The position numbers and the translations under genes were made by a program. 64,000 nt of DNA from Trueperaceae bacterium (GTDB lineage Bacteria > Deinococcota > Deinococci > Deinococcales > Trueperaceae): positions 864,001 through 928,000 of the forward strand of contig OZ243927.1 of assembly GCA_965213925.1 (NCBI GenBank), read 5' to 3'. This document shows, piece by piece, positions 49,261 to 59,728 of this stretch; positions within the stretch are counted from its first letter, which is position 1; every line of letters begins with the position of its first letter. The notes below the pieces were generated by a model that saw nothing but the letters and a program-made list of their open reading frames with translations, was not told the DNA's origin and did not search any database.

Positions 49261-50964
49261 ATGACCCAACCTCAAAAACAAACCTGGTGGAAAGAGAGCG
49301 TCGTCTACCAGATTTATCCGCGCAGCTTCTATGACAGTAACGGCGACGGCGTTGGCGACTTGCGCGGCATCATCCAGAAGCTTGACTACATCCAAGAGTT
49401 GGGCGTCGACGTCATTTGGCTCTGCCCCGTATATGAGTCACCCAACGACGACAACGGTTACGACATCAGCGATTATCAAAAGGTTGCTGAAGAATTCGGC
49501 ACAATGGACGACTGGGACGAACTCTTAGCTAAGTTGCACGTTAGGGGCATAAAACTCATCATGGACTTAGTCGTCAACCACACTTCGGACGAGCACCCTT
49601 GGTTCACCGAGTCGCGCAAATCTAAAGACAATCCCTACCGCGACTTTTACATCTGGCGACCTGGAAAAGAGGGCAAGGAACCTAACAACTGGCGCTCGCT
49701 CTTCGGCGGCTCAGCGTGGCAGTACGACGAGCAAACGGGCGAATATTACCTCCACCTCTTCTCGAAAAAGCAGCCCGACCTCAACTGGGAGAATCCGGCG
49801 GTCCGCGAAGCCGTCTACAACATGGTGAGGTGGTGGCTGGACAGGGGCGTCGACGGGTTCCGCTTGGACGCCATCAATTTGATTTCCAAAGTGCCGGGGT
49901 TGCCGGACGCGCCCGCCACGAACGGGAGCCGCTACGGGTTCCCCGGCGCGCTCGTCTTTAACGGACCTCGGCTCTACGAGTTTTTGCAGGAGATGAAAGA
50001 GGAGGTGCTCCGCCACTACGACGTACTCACCGTAGGCGAAACGGGCTTGGTCACGACGGAGCACGCGGTAGCGCTCACCCACGAAGAGGCGGGCTCGCTC
50101 AACATGCTCTTCCAGTTCGAGCATTTAGAGATCGACAAAGATAGCGGTAGCGACACGCCCAACTGGAGCCAGACGCCTTGGAGCCTGCTGGAGTTGAAAC
50201 GGATATTGACGCGCTGGCAGCTCGAGCTTGAGGGCAGGGGTTGGAACAGCCAGTATCTCAACAACCACGACGTGCCCCGCGCCGTCTCCCGCTTCGGCAA
50301 CGACGGCGCATACCGCGTCCAGTCCGCCAAACTTCTCGCCACGCTCGTTCACACGCTAGGCGGGACGCCCTACATCTACCAAGGCGAAGAGATCGGCATG
50401 ACGAACGTTGCCTTTAAGTCTATCGCTGAGTACCGGGACGTGGCAACCTTGAATATGTACCGAGAATTTGTCGAGGAGAGAGGGATGGACCCGCAGGAGG
50501 TGTTGGCACTCATTAACGCCAAAAGCCGCGACAACGCCCGCACGCCGGTGCAGTGGGACGCCTCCGAGCACGCGGGTTTCACAAAAGGTGTGCCCTGGAT
50601 CAAGGTTAATCCGAACTACAAAGATATCAACGTAGAACATTCCTTCAGTAACTCGGACAGTATTCTCGCCTACTACAAGGTGCTTATCCACCTGCGAAAA
50701 ACGCATCCCGTCATCGTTTACGGAACGTACGATTTGCTCCTAGCGGAGCACGAGGAGATTTATGCGTTTACGAGAGCATTGGAGAACGAACGCTTGCTCG
50801 TTATTCTAAACGTCTCGGAGAATACGCCCACGTTTAACTTGCCGAGTGAGGTCCCCTTCGCTGAAAAGACGTGTTTGCTCAGCAACTATGAGGTCGAGGC
50901 AGGTGAAGATATCAGGGGGCTGAAGCTGCGGGCATTTGAGGCTCGAGTCTACTATTTGACCTAG
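49261..50964 (+). CDS. GH13 oligo-1,6-glucosidase/alpha-glucosidase
   Basis: YQIYPRSF, DLVVNHTS, GFRLDAIN, VGE, NNHD. Confidence 0.92.
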   Translation: MTQPQKQTWWKESVVYQIYPRSFYDSNGDGVGDLRGIIQKLDYIQELGVDVIWLCPVYESPNDDNGYDISDYQKVAEEFGTMDDWDELLAKLHVRGIKLIMDLVVNHTSDEHPWFTESRKSKDNPYRDFYIWRPGKEGKEPNNWRSLFGGSAWQYDEQTGEYYLHLFSKKQPDLNWENPAVREAVYNMVRWWLDRGVDGFRLDAINLISKVPGLPDAPATNGSRYGFPGALVFNGPRLYEFLQEMKEEVLRHYDVLTVGETGLVTTEHAVALTHEEAGSLNMLFQFEHLEIDKDSGSDTPNWSQTPWSLLELKRILTRWQLELEGRGWNSQYLNNHDVPRAVSRFGNDGAYRVQSAKLLATLVHTLGGTPYIYQGEEIGMTNVAFKSIAEYRDVATLNMYREFVEERGMDPQEVLALINAKSRDNARTPVQWDASEHAGFTKGVPWIKVNPNYKDINVEHSFSNSDSILAYYKVLIHLRKTHPVIVYGTYDLLLAEHEEIYAFTRALENERLLVILNVSENTPTFNLPSEVPFAEKTCLLSNYEVEAGEDIRGLKLRAFEARVYYLT

Positions 50965-50994
50965 ATGTGTAGGGTCGGCGGATAATTCCAGATA

Positions 50995-51245
50995 AGCGTA
51001 CTACAGCGTTAAGTAAGAAATGGGTCATGTCATTCTGAACGTAACGAAGTGGAGCCCTTTACAGGATTGGCTTCGCCTGATGAAAGAATCTCTGACCTTG
51101 CTGACTCCTCTTGCTGAGATTGAAAGTTACAAAGTTTTAGCGCAGCTAAACGAGACCCTTACGCCTTCGCCGAAGCTTCGCTCTACTTCGTGAACAGGGT
51201 GACATGCCAATGAGTAGCAATACTTTGTTTACGGTGTAGTACGCT
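50995..51245. repeat. MITE/REP-like intergenic element
   Basis: Outer inverted repeat AGCGTACTACA/TGTAGTACGCT; inner TGTCATTCTGAACG...GAATCTC and GAGACCCT...CAGGGTGACA. Confidence 0.55.
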
Positions 51246-51321
51246 ACCCTCTGAGAATTAAGCCACATTTTTGCCGCGCTTACGCCGCCGCCGTCCCTTT
51301 CCTGGTACGCTGACCTTTACT

Positions 51322-52050
51322 ATGCCCAAGCTTTCTCCGTCCACCTTGCGCGGCTACCTCGTTCACGTCTACACCGCCTCGACGCTCATCTTCGTGACGT
51401 TAGCGGCGCAGTGGATTTTGGAGGGAACCTACCGCTGGGCGTTGGCTGCGCTCGCTGTGACCATTATCATCGACGCCACCGACGGCGCGTTAGCGCGTAA
51501 GTGGCGCGTGAAGGAGACGGCCGCGGGCATCGACGGCGAACTGCTCGACAACATCGTGGACTTCGTTTCGTACGTCGTGGTGCCGATGCTCTTTATGCTC
51601 CAAGCGCAGATGTTCATCGCGCCAATGACGCTCTGGATGGCGTTCGCGATGTTCGCGAGCGCATTTGGGTTCTCACGAACAACCGCCAAACTCGCGAATG
51701 AGGGCTTTTTCGTCGGTTTCCCGTCGTACTGGAACATCGTGATTTTCTACCTCTATTTGCTCGGCACGCCGCCGCTACTCAATACCGTCATCGTCGTGCT
51801 GCTCTCGCTCTCGGTCTTCGTGCCGCTGCGCTTTCTCTATGTGAGCCGCTTGTCCAAAGGGCGCACGTTGCACCTCGGGCTCGGGTTCATCTGGGGTGTT
51901 CTCTGCCTCGCGGCGCTCGCCATGGAAGCGAGCATGGCGCGCACGCTCATCTTGTACCTCTCGCTCGTCTACCCGCTCTACTACACGGCGCACTCGCTGC
52001 AGCTCGACTTCAAGCTGCGCCAAGAGCAGCGCGAAGCCCTCGCAGACTAA
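51322..52050 (+). CDS. CDP-alcohol phosphatidyltransferase, phosphatidylcholine synthase-like
   Basis: VHVYTAS, DATDGALARK...DGELLDNIVD, FVGFPSYWN. Confidence 0.8.
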   Translation: MPKLSPSTLRGYLVHVYTASTLIFVTLAAQWILEGTYRWALAALAVTIIIDATDGALARKWRVKETAAGIDGELLDNIVDFVSYVVVPMLFMLQAQMFIAPMTLWMAFAMFASAFGFSRTTAKLANEGFFVGFPSYWNIVIFYLYLLGTPPLLNTVIVVLLSLSVFVPLRFLYVSRLSKGRTLHLGLGFIWGVLCLAALAMEASMARTLILYLSLVYPLYYTAHSLQLDFKLRQEQREALAD

Positions 52051-52056
52051 CGCTGA

Positions 52057-52902
52057 CTAACGAGGTTGCTTGAGCGCGTCCTGAACGGCGTTCATCATAA
52101 CGCCGATAGGCGCGTCCTCACCCGTCCACGCTCTGAACGATTCCGCCCCCTGATAGACGAGCATCGGCACGCCGTTCTGCACCTTTAAGCCTTCGCCTTC
52201 GGCGTCTTTGAGGAGGCGCGTCTTTTCGGGACGGTAGATGAGGTCGCATACGAGCCCTTGATGAGGGAGCAGTCCGGGTGGTAGGGGAGATAGGTCGGGG
52301 TTGGTACCCTCGTGCGCCAAGCCTACCGAGGTCGTGTTGACCAGGAGGTCCGCGCCGCGCACCGCCGTATCTAAAGCGCGAAAATCCACCGCTTCGATGT
52401 CGCCGTAGTCGCCGAACTCGAGCCCCATCTCCTCCGCCTTCTCCTGCGTCCGGTTGAAAATCTGCAAGCGCTCAACGCCCGCATTAAGGAGCGCGTAGGC
52501 GGCCGCCCTGCCCGCGCCGCCCGCGCCCAGAAGCACGGCGCGCAGACCTCCGGGCTCGAGGTCCGCGTCTTCGATGAGTCCTCTCATAAAGCCCGTCGCG
52601 TCCGTGTTGTCCCCGATCAAGCGTCCGTCTCGGTTGATGATCGTGTTCACCGCGCCAATCGCCTGCGCCGCGTCCGTCAGTTCATCCATAAAGGGTAAGA
52701 CCGTAAGCTTATGCGGCACGGTGACGTTCGCGCCGTAACTCTCCTCTTTGCGCAACCTCTCCATCACTTCGGGAAGTTGCTCGGAGGTTACGTCTAATGC
52801 CTCGTACGTCGCGTTTAACTGAAGTTCGGAGAACGCGGCGTTGTGCATCGCCGGGCTGAGCGAATGTCCCGCTGGATGCGCCAAAAGGTACGCCCGCTTC
52901 AC
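52057..52902 (-). CDS. aroE: Shikimate dehydrogenase
   Basis: [34 protein letters not shown]. Confidence 0.95.
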   Translation of the reverse strand: MKRAYLLAHPAGHSLSPAMHNAAFSELQLNATYEALDVTSEQLPEVMERLRKEESYGANVTVPHKLTVLPFMDELTDAAQAIGAVNTIINRDGRLIGDNTDATGFMRGLIEDADLEPGGLRAVLLGAGGAGRAAAYALLNAGVERLQIFNRTQEKAEEMGLEFGDYGDIEAVDFRALDTAVRGADLLVNTTSVGLAHEGTNPDLSPLPPGLLPHQGLVCDLIYRPEKTRLLKDAEGEGLKVQNGVPMLVYQGAESFRAWTGEDAPIGVMMNAVQDALKQPR

Positions 52903-53966
52903 GCGGAGACTGCTCGCTGCGAAACCTCTTGAATGACCTCTTGAATAACGCTGGCAGCCCTCGTCACGTCCTCATCCGTGATGTGATAATGCGTCACTAG
53001 GCGAATCGTCGGCGCGCCGAGCGCGTTACACAGAACGCCCCTTTCCGCCATCTTTTCAGCGATAGAGGCGGCGTTGGGAACGTGAAAGTAAACCATGTTG
53101 GTCTGCACAGTGGATAAATCCAGTGTGACCTCGGGAAGTTGCACAAGCGCCTCAGCTAAACGCCTCGCCCGCGCGTGGTCCTCACTCAGTCGCCCCGTCA
53201 TCTCCTCTACCGCGACGATACCCGCCGCCGCCAACACGCCCGCTTGCCGCATCCCACCGCCCAACATCTTGCGGTAGCGGTGCGACTCTTTGATGAAGTC
53301 TTGAGAGCCTAAAAGCACCGTGCCGACGGGCGCGGCGAGCCCTTTACTCAAGCAGAGGGAAACGGAACCGAAGGGCGCGCACAGCTCAGCTAGGCTCACG
53401 TCCAGTGCCGCCGCCGCGTTCGCTGCTCGCGCGCCGTCTAGGTGAAGCGGTAAACCTTCCTCTTGTGCGAGTTGCGCAACCTCATGACAGCGCTCCAAAG
53501 GTAGAACCGTTCCGCCCGCCTTGTTGTGCGTATTCTCGAGCACGATCATCCCCGTCGGCGCTTGGTGGATGCTGCGGTGGACCGCACCTCTTATATCTTC
53601 GACTTCGGGGATGCCCAGTGGCGCAGGGACGAGGCGCGGCAGTGCGCCGCTGATGACCGCCATCGAGCCCAACTCGTACTCGTAGACGTGTGCGCCCTCC
53701 GGTGCGATGACCTCTTGCCCGCGTTTGGTGTGAACGGCGATGGCGATCTGGTTGCTCATCGTGCCTGACGGCATGAGAAGCCCCGCCTCGAAGCCCGTAC
53801 GTTCAGCCAGCACCTCTTGAAGCCGGTTGACGGTGGGGTCCTGTCCGTACACATCGTCGCCGACATGCGCGTCCATCATCGCTTGGCGCATCTTTGGGGT
53901 AGGTTGAGTAACGGTGTCGGAGCGTAAATCAATGGGTGGATTAATTGGAGAGCCAGTCGTTTGCAT
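52899..53966 (-). CDS. ltaE: Low-specificity L-threonine aldolase
   Basis: [25 protein letters not shown]. Confidence 0.93.
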   Translation of the reverse strand: MQTTGSPINPPIDLRSDTVTQPTPKMRQAMMDAHVGDDVYGQDPTVNRLQEVLAERTGFEAGLLMPSGTMSNQIAIAVHTKRGQEVIAPEGAHVYEYELGSMAVISGALPRLVPAPLGIPEVEDIRGAVHRSIHQAPTGMIVLENTHNKAGGTVLPLERCHEVAQLAQEEGLPLHLDGARAANAAAALDVSLAELCAPFGSVSLCLSKGLAAPVGTVLLGSQDFIKESHRYRKMLGGGMRQAGVLAAAGIVAVEEMTGRLSEDHARARRLAEALVQLPEVTLDLSTVQTNMVYFHVPNAASIAEKMAERGVLCNALGAPTIRLVTHYHITDEDVTRAASVIQEVIQEVSQRAVSA

Positions 53967-54001
53967 GGGTCATTCTACCTATGCGCTCCATGTTGGGGTT
54001 G

Positions 54002-54544
54002 TTAGACGCGCTCGAGCCCCACGTGCGGCTCAGCCGGAAGCTCCACCCGAATCGCGTCATCAACCCTAATCTCGCCGCCTGCAAGCACCACGCTCATCAC
54101 GCCTGCCTTGCGAATCAGGTTGCCTTCTTCGTCGTAGCCAAGCACCGCTTTCATCAGCCCGTTCTGAAACCTATCGAGTTGGGCACAGGGGTTGCGCAAG
54201 CCGGTTAGCTCGAGCACCACCTCTCGACCCACGTAGAGCTTTGTCCCTCTCGGCAAACCGAGCAAGTCAACGTCCCGCGTCGTGATATTCTCGCCCATGT
54301 CGCCCGCCGACACCTCGAAACCTTTCACGCGCAGCTCGTCGTGAAGTTCCGCGTGGATGAGGTGGATTTGTCGCAGATTGGGCTGGGTCGGGTCGGCGGC
54401 GACTCTCGAGCGGTGCTTGACCCTCTCGCCCATGTGCGCGTCGCCTTCGACGCCTAGACCCTTCAAGAGTCGGATGCTCGTTTGGTTGGTTTTGCTGAAG
54501 GTATGCGCTTTGCTGCGGCTGACGGCGGTGACTTTGGTGTTCAT
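54002..54544 (-). CDS. MOSC domain protein
   Basis: GVEGDAH, GENITT, LRNPC. Confidence 0.85.
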   Translation of the reverse strand: MNTKVTAVSRSKAHTFSKTNQTSIRLLKGLGVEGDAHMGERVKHRSRVAADPTQPNLRQIHLIHAELHDELRVKGFEVSAGDMGENITTRDVDLLGLPRGTKLYVGREVVLELTGLRNPCAQLDRFQNGLMKAVLGYDEEGNLIRKAGVMSVVLAGGEIRVDDAIRVELPAEPHVGLERV

Positions 54545-54626
54545 ACTCGCGCCTCTCTAAAAGAGCGTTTCGTCCTCTTGTCGTATCTTAAAAAGCGCTT
54601 TCGGATAACGGTTTAGAAGGGGCGAA

Positions 54627-55031
54627 TCAGGGAAATCTTCGGGGATGCGCGTAGCAAAGCTCTAAGGATTCTCCGTCCAGCCCATTTAGGGTGCCACCTA
54701 TTACTTTACATAGAAAAGCGACGGTTGTGACCTCGAGCCTGTCTCCATTCGGGTAAATATGACGATGATTCGCACCGCCGAAGACACCCGCTACCTTTTC
54801 GGGCACAACGTGAAGCCCAGTCTCTTCGTACGCTTCGCGCACAACTGCTTCTGCGGGCGTTTCGCCGGGGTCAATCGCGCCACCAGGTGCACACCAAGTA
54901 CCGTCGTCACGCCTTTTTTGCAAAAGAATACGCCCCTCATCATCGCGAATAATCGCCATCACGCCAGGATTGAGAATTAGCTCATGCCCAATGGCGGCGC
55001 GTATCCTTTTGAGGTAGTCAGAAATCGGCAC
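54627..55031 (-). CDS. NUDIX hydrolase
   Basis: Nudix box GGAIDPGETPAEAVVREAYEETG. Confidence 0.85.
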   Translation of the reverse strand: MPISDYLKRIRAAIGHELILNPGVMAIIRDDEGRILLQKRRDDGTWCAPGGAIDPGETPAEAVVREAYEETGLHVVPEKVAGVFGGANHRHIYPNGDRLEVTTVAFLCKVIGGTLNGLDGESLELCYAHPRRFP

Positions 55032-55087
55032 CTAAACACGCTATCACGAGGTGCTCGTCGCAGGTGTAATTACGCTATAATTACTTT

Positions 55088-55351
55088 ATGGCAGAACTCA
55101 TCCAAATTGGCAACTCCAAAGGCGTACGCATCCCCAAAGTGCTGATCGAGCAGGCGGGGCTCGAGGGGCGCGTGCTCGAACTTAAAGTCGTGCGGGAGGG
55201 ACTACTCATCCAACCCGTCAGGCAACCCCGTCAGGGTTGGGACGAGGCGGTCAAGGCTGCCGTAGCGCGCGGCGAAGTTAACTACGACCAAGCGTGGTTG
55301 GAGGCAAACTTAGACAGAGGTCTCGAAGAGGTAGAAAGCTCCCAAGATTAA
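55088..55351 (+). CDS. mazE: AbrB/MazE antitoxin
   Basis: IQIGNSKGVRIPK. Confidence 0.85.
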   Translation: MAELIQIGNSKGVRIPKVLIEQAGLEGRVLELKVVREGLLIQPVRQPRQGWDEAVKAAVARGEVNYDQAWLEANLDRGLEEVESSQD

Positions 55352-55372
55352 AAATACTTGAGGTCAGTAGTT

Positions 55373-55693
55373 ATGGACGTTCGCCGCTTCGACGTGTACC
55401 GCGTCAACTTAGAGCCCGCTAAGGGCAGCGAGACGAATAAACTCCGCCTTTGCGTGGTCGTGTCCCCTGACGAACTCAACCACTTAGCAACCGTCATCGT
55501 CGCTCCTCTAACGAGCCATAGCTTTGCCCTTCCGAGCCGCGTCCCCTGCGCGTTCATGGGCAAGCAGGGTTTAATCCTGCTTGATCATCTACGCGCCGTG
55601 GACAAGATGAGGCTGACGGAGCGTGTCGGCACGCTCGAGCTAGAGAGTCAACGAGAGGTTTGCGAGGTCTTGCAGGAGATGTTTGCGTACTAA
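55373..55693 (+). CDS. mazF: PemK/MazF toxin
   Basis: DVYRVNLEPAKGSE, CVVVSPD, VAPLT, LRAVDK. Confidence 0.85.
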   Translation: MDVRRFDVYRVNLEPAKGSETNKLRLCVVVSPDELNHLATVIVAPLTSHSFALPSRVPCAFMGKQGLILLDHLRAVDKMRLTERVGTLELESQREVCEVLQEMFAY

Positions 55694-55729
55694 GCTTGAG
55701 CCGCGTTTACGGTAGGTTTGGCACCTACT

Positions 55730-56692
55730 TTACGCGCCGACTAGAGACTCTTGCTCGCTCACGTACCACTCCCAAAAGCGCTCAACGCCCTCTTGCACCG
55801 AAACGGTGGGGTTAAAACCTAAAAGCTCCCTCGCCTTACTCGTGTCGGCGTAGGTGACGTAGACATCGGCGGGCAGTTTGGGCTGCGGATTGAGGTTGGC
55901 TTTCTTGCCCGCAATGCGTTCCATTGTCTCGATGAAGTCCGCGAGCGGCAGCGGCTCGCCGCGCCCCAAATTGATGATTTCGTACCCGAGCGGCGTGTCA
56001 ATCGCGGCGACGAGCCCTTTGGCGATGTCCTCGACGAAGGTCCAGTCGCGGCGCATGTCGCCCTCGTAAAGAGGGATTTGCTTGCCCTTGTAGATGCTCT
56101 CCGCCAAGAGGTAGGGCATCATGTCGGGGCGTCCATTGGGACCGTACACGGTGAAAAAGCGCGTCGCGGTGAAGTTCAGATTGTAGAGCGTGTGATAGGT
56201 GTAGCCTAGGAGTTCGGCGGCGCGTTTGGCGGCGGCGTAGGGCTGTGGGGGTTTTAAGCAGGGGTCCGTTTCGACGAAGGGAATCGTCTCAGTGCTGCCG
56301 TAAATTGAAGAGGTCGAGGCGAACACGAAGTTGCCCACGCCCGTCTCTAACGCCGCGTCCATGAGGTGCTGCGTCCCGTTAAGGTTGACCTCCATGTACA
56401 GCGCGGGATTCTGGACCGAGTTGCGCACGCCCGCCATCGCCGCGATGTTCGCCACCACGTCGAAGTTCTCATCCCTAAAGAGGTCGAAGACCTCGTCGCG
56501 GTTGCGAATATCGCCCTCGACCATCCTGAAGGTGTCGTACTGAGCTAACCGTTTTGCGTTAGCACGCTTTTTCGCGGGGTCGTAGTAGTCGTTGAAGTTG
56601 TCCAAGCCGACGACGGTGTCGCCGCGTTCAAGTAGCATCTGCGCGGTGTGGCTGCCGATAAAACCGGCTGCGCCTGTAACGAGTATTTTCAC
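55730..56692 (-). CDS. NAD-dependent nucleotide-sugar epimerase (UDP-glucuronate 4-epimerase-like)
   Basis: TGAAGFIG, AGVR, YAAAK, RFFTVYGP, RPDM. Confidence 0.9.
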   Translation of the reverse strand: MKILVTGAAGFIGSHTAQMLLERGDTVVGLDNFNDYYDPAKKRANAKRLAQYDTFRMVEGDIRNRDEVFDLFRDENFDVVANIAAMAGVRNSVQNPALYMEVNLNGTQHLMDAALETGVGNFVFASTSSIYGSTETIPFVETDPCLKPPQPYAAAKRAAELLGYTYHTLYNLNFTATRFFTVYGPNGRPDMMPYLLAESIYKGKQIPLYEGDMRRDWTFVEDIAKGLVAAIDTPLGYEIINLGRGEPLPLADFIETMERIAGKKANLNPQPKLPADVYVTYADTSKARELLGFNPTVSVQEGVERFWEWYVSEQESLVGA

Positions 56693-56853
56693 AGTGTGGC
56701 TCCTAAATCAAGGTTGCTGAATTTCCATGAGTCACCTAAGAAGGTAACTCGCTCGTGCTCGAGCCTACCTGAAATTCACATGAAGCGATATGAACAATGT
56801 GGCTTTTCTCGCGTGAAAGCCAGTTAGCCTGTCAGGGTTTCGGTTTTTCCTGA

Positions 56854-58200
56854 TTAGCTGACGAGCTGAGATTCTGAAGTGCTGTAGCGGATGGACTCGA
56901 GCCACCCTCCAAAATCTTCGATGCCACGTTTATACGTCCTCATACGCCTGTCTTTCTTCCCTTCACCTCTTTGCTTGGGAAGCGTCGGCACGAGCCCCCA
57001 GTTCGCGTTCATGGGCTGGAAGTTGTCGGGGTTCGCTGAGGCTAAAAAGCGCACTAAGCCGCCCAGCATCGAGGTTTCGGGGGGAAGCAGCGGGTCTTGT
57101 CCCAGCACTTGCCGCGCCGCGTTCGTTCCGGCTAACCAGCCCGTAGCAGAGGACTCCAAATAGCCTTCCGTTCCCGCTAAGACGCCTGCCACGAAGAGGT
57201 GGGGGTGCGCTTTTAAGCTGAGGGTGCTCGAGAGGAGTCTAGGCGCGTTGAGATACGTGTTGCGGTGCATCACGCCGTAGCGTACGACTTCGGCGTTCTC
57301 TAATCCAGGAATGAGTCGCAAGACCTCTTTTTGGTCGCCCCATTTCAAACCTGTTTGAAACCCCACGAGGCTCCACATCTGTCCGCGCACATCCTCTTGG
57401 CGGAGCTGCGCCACGGCGTAAAACCTCTTGCCCGTTTCAGGGTGCTCCAAGCCAACGGGCTTCATCGGTCCAAATCTTGGCGTATCGTAGCCGCGCCGCG
57501 CAATCTCTTCGATGGGCATACAGCCTTCGAAAAACTCCAAGGTCTCCCAGTCGTGCGGGGTGTGCTTGCGGGCGTTGGCGAGCGCGCCAAACCAGCGGTC
57601 GTACTGTTCTTTGTCGAAAGGCAGGTTGAGGTAATCCGCGCCCTGATCGTAACGCCCTTTGCGGTAGGCGATGTTCATGTCGATGGAGTCCACGTCGATC
57701 ACGGGGGCGGCGGCGTCGTAGAAGCCTAAGAAGTCTTCGCCCACCGTCCGGCGGATATCCTCGGCGAGCGCGTCCGAGGTGAGCGGACCCGAGGCGATGA
57801 CGACGGTGCCGTCAGGAATGACGGCGAGTTCCTCGTCGTGAACCGTGATGTTCGGATGGTTGCGGAGCGTACTCGTGACCTTTTCACCAAAGGCGTCGCG
57901 GTCTACAGCTAACGCGCCGCCCGCAGGAACTCTCGCTTCGTGTGCGGCGCGCATCACCAAGCCTTCCGCCGCTAACATCTCCGCTTGCAGCAGTCCTTTG
58001 GCGTTGGTCTGCCCCTCGCCGCCGAACGAGTTCGAGCAGACGAGTTCGGCGAAGCTGCCCGTGCGGTGCGCGGGGGTCATCTTTTTGGGGCGCATCTCGA
58101 ACAGGTCAACCTGGACGCCTAAGTTCGCCGCCGCTAGCGCCGCGTCGCTGCCCGCCATGCCCGCGCCTATGACGGTGATTCGTTCTTCTGGATTTGCCAT
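56854..58200 (-). CDS. trmFO: Folate-dependent tRNA (uracil-54)-methyltransferase
   Basis: ELVCSNS, VPAGGALAVDR, FEGCMPIE, GVMHRN. Confidence 0.95.
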   Translation of the reverse strand: MANPEERITVIGAGMAGSDAALAAANLGVQVDLFEMRPKKMTPAHRTGSFAELVCSNSFGGEGQTNAKGLLQAEMLAAEGLVMRAAHEARVPAGGALAVDRDAFGEKVTSTLRNHPNITVHDEELAVIPDGTVVIASGPLTSDALAEDIRRTVGEDFLGFYDAAAPVIDVDSIDMNIAYRKGRYDQGADYLNLPFDKEQYDRWFGALANARKHTPHDWETLEFFEGCMPIEEIARRGYDTPRFGPMKPVGLEHPETGKRFYAVAQLRQEDVRGQMWSLVGFQTGLKWGDQKEVLRLIPGLENAEVVRYGVMHRNTYLNAPRLLSSTLSLKAHPHLFVAGVLAGTEGYLESSATGWLAGTNAARQVLGQDPLLPPETSMLGGLVRFLASANPDNFQPMNANWGLVPTLPKQRGEGKKDRRMRTYKRGIEDFGGWLESIRYSTSESQLVS

Positions 58201-58348
58201 CTCTATCGTCACCACTTTCGACTGCTTTACGCCTATATTCAGCTATGGACGTGCAACTAATAGTATTGGGCACCTTGACCGCGCCGTTTAGAGCAGTTTA
58301 GCAAGCAAACCTCGATACGCCTGACAGCTAGGGAGTGATAGGAAGCAA

Positions 58349-58383
58349 AACCCCCTCGAGTCGCTTCTTACTCGAGGAGGGTT
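58349..58383. terminator. Stem-loop downstream of blh (probable terminator)
   Basis: AACCCCCTCGAGT...ACTCGAGGAGGGTT preceded by AAAA (U-tract on the minus strand). Confidence 0.5.
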
Positions 58384-58509
58384 CGCTCAGGGTAAATGTC
58401 GTACTCGGACGTACGCACACAGTATCTCCCCTACAACGTGAAAGAGGATGACGCTAAGGTGAAGCTCATGAGAGAATGAGTTTAGCGTTCAGGTCGCTCG
58501 AGTTGCGCT

Positions 58510-59580
58510 CTAATGAGTTTTTGGTGAGGTGAGGTTGAGCGTGCTATTCGGCTTTAAGTCCATCATCGCCACCACGACGAGGTGCGGTTTCGTCAGTGCG
58601 CTGATCAAGATGAGGTAGAGCGCGACGAAGCCCTCTAAGGAAACGATTCTCGCCGCGTTGAAGAGGTAAAACCCGCTCAGCAAGCAGAGCGCGGCGAAGG
58701 TGACGGGCAAGAGGTCTAAGGTGAGCCGCCTGATAGGGGGATACAGGTGCCCCTGGGCAACTTGCGCTGCGTCCCTCGGGTGCAAGATGAGAAGACGCCC
58801 TAAATGCCTCAGCGAGTGCCAGAAGAGGAAGTAGACGCCGACGGACATGTAGGCGGGTACGAGCGTGAAAAGCAGGATGAGAAGGAGAACCTCCGCCGCG
58901 TCTACCGTGAGCACGAGGGTGTTCGGCGCGGCGCGAACGGCGTTAAAAGCGTAGGCGATTAGCCCAACTGTGAGCATGAGAACGAGGGGAACGACGAGCC
59001 AAGGTGACGTAAGCGTGAGCGTCGTGTCAGCCAGCCCGAGCCCCGTGGCGGCGTGGCGGTAGAGGCTTTCGGCGGTTTCGGGAAAGGCTAAAACGGGCAG
59101 CACGATAGGCAAGCTGCCCCGCACCAAAAGCGTCACCCAAGCGCCCCAGCGCGTCGGACGCTGTCTCCCTAAGAAAATCTCTAAAAAGCGCTGATCGCCC
59201 TGACCCCAGTGCCACACCGTCGCGGCTAAAAACCCGATGAACGCCGCCGCCGGGCTCCACAGCCAGAGTCCTAAGTAGAGCGCCGCAACCATGACGTAAG
59301 CGAGCAGATAGAGGGCGACGCCCAAGGGTTTACGTCCCCAAGAGAGCCCGAGCCGCGCCGGTACGAGGTGATCGAGTGCGCCGTGCGGCAGACCTAAAAG
59401 TACGATACCTAATAGGAGCGGGTAGAGCGCATAAGCGTCTATGAGGGTAGGGGCGGTGAGCTGTAGACCTAGGGTGAGCAAAACCAAAGAGGTTGGTATA
59501 AACGTGAGAAAGGGCGCGAGCCGCTCCGCTGCTGTGGCGCGGCGCGCTCCTCGAGCGACCGTAGGGCTAAATCTGAGCAT
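58510..59580 (-). CDS. blh: Brp/Blh beta-carotene 15,15'-dioxygenase
   Basis: GLPHGALDH, WHWG, WHSLRH, LTKPH; multi-TM. Confidence 0.88.
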   Translation of the reverse strand: MLRFSPTVARGARRATAAERLAPFLTFIPTSLVLLTLGLQLTAPTLIDAYALYPLLLGIVLLGLPHGALDHLVPARLGLSWGRKPLGVALYLLAYVMVAALYLGLWLWSPAAAFIGFLAATVWHWGQGDQRFLEIFLGRQRPTRWGAWVTLLVRGSLPIVLPVLAFPETAESLYRHAATGLGLADTTLTLTSPWLVVPLVLMLTVGLIAYAFNAVRAAPNTLVLTVDAAEVLLLILLFTLVPAYMSVGVYFLFWHSLRHLGRLLILHPRDAAQVAQGHLYPPIRRLTLDLLPVTFAALCLLSGFYLFNAARIVSLEGFVALYLILISALTKPHLVVVAMMDLKPNSTLNLTSPKTH

Positions 59581-59728
59581 TTACGGAAGTCTACTGCACA
59601 GACGCTAAAGTGCGAAAGCCTTTTTCCCACACTTTGCGGCGCATTCCAAGTGCGCGGCGGGTAATGAAGCTGGCAATAAAGCCGAACAAAAGGCGAAGAT
59701 GCTGAAGCGGAAGAGGAGCCTCATGAAA

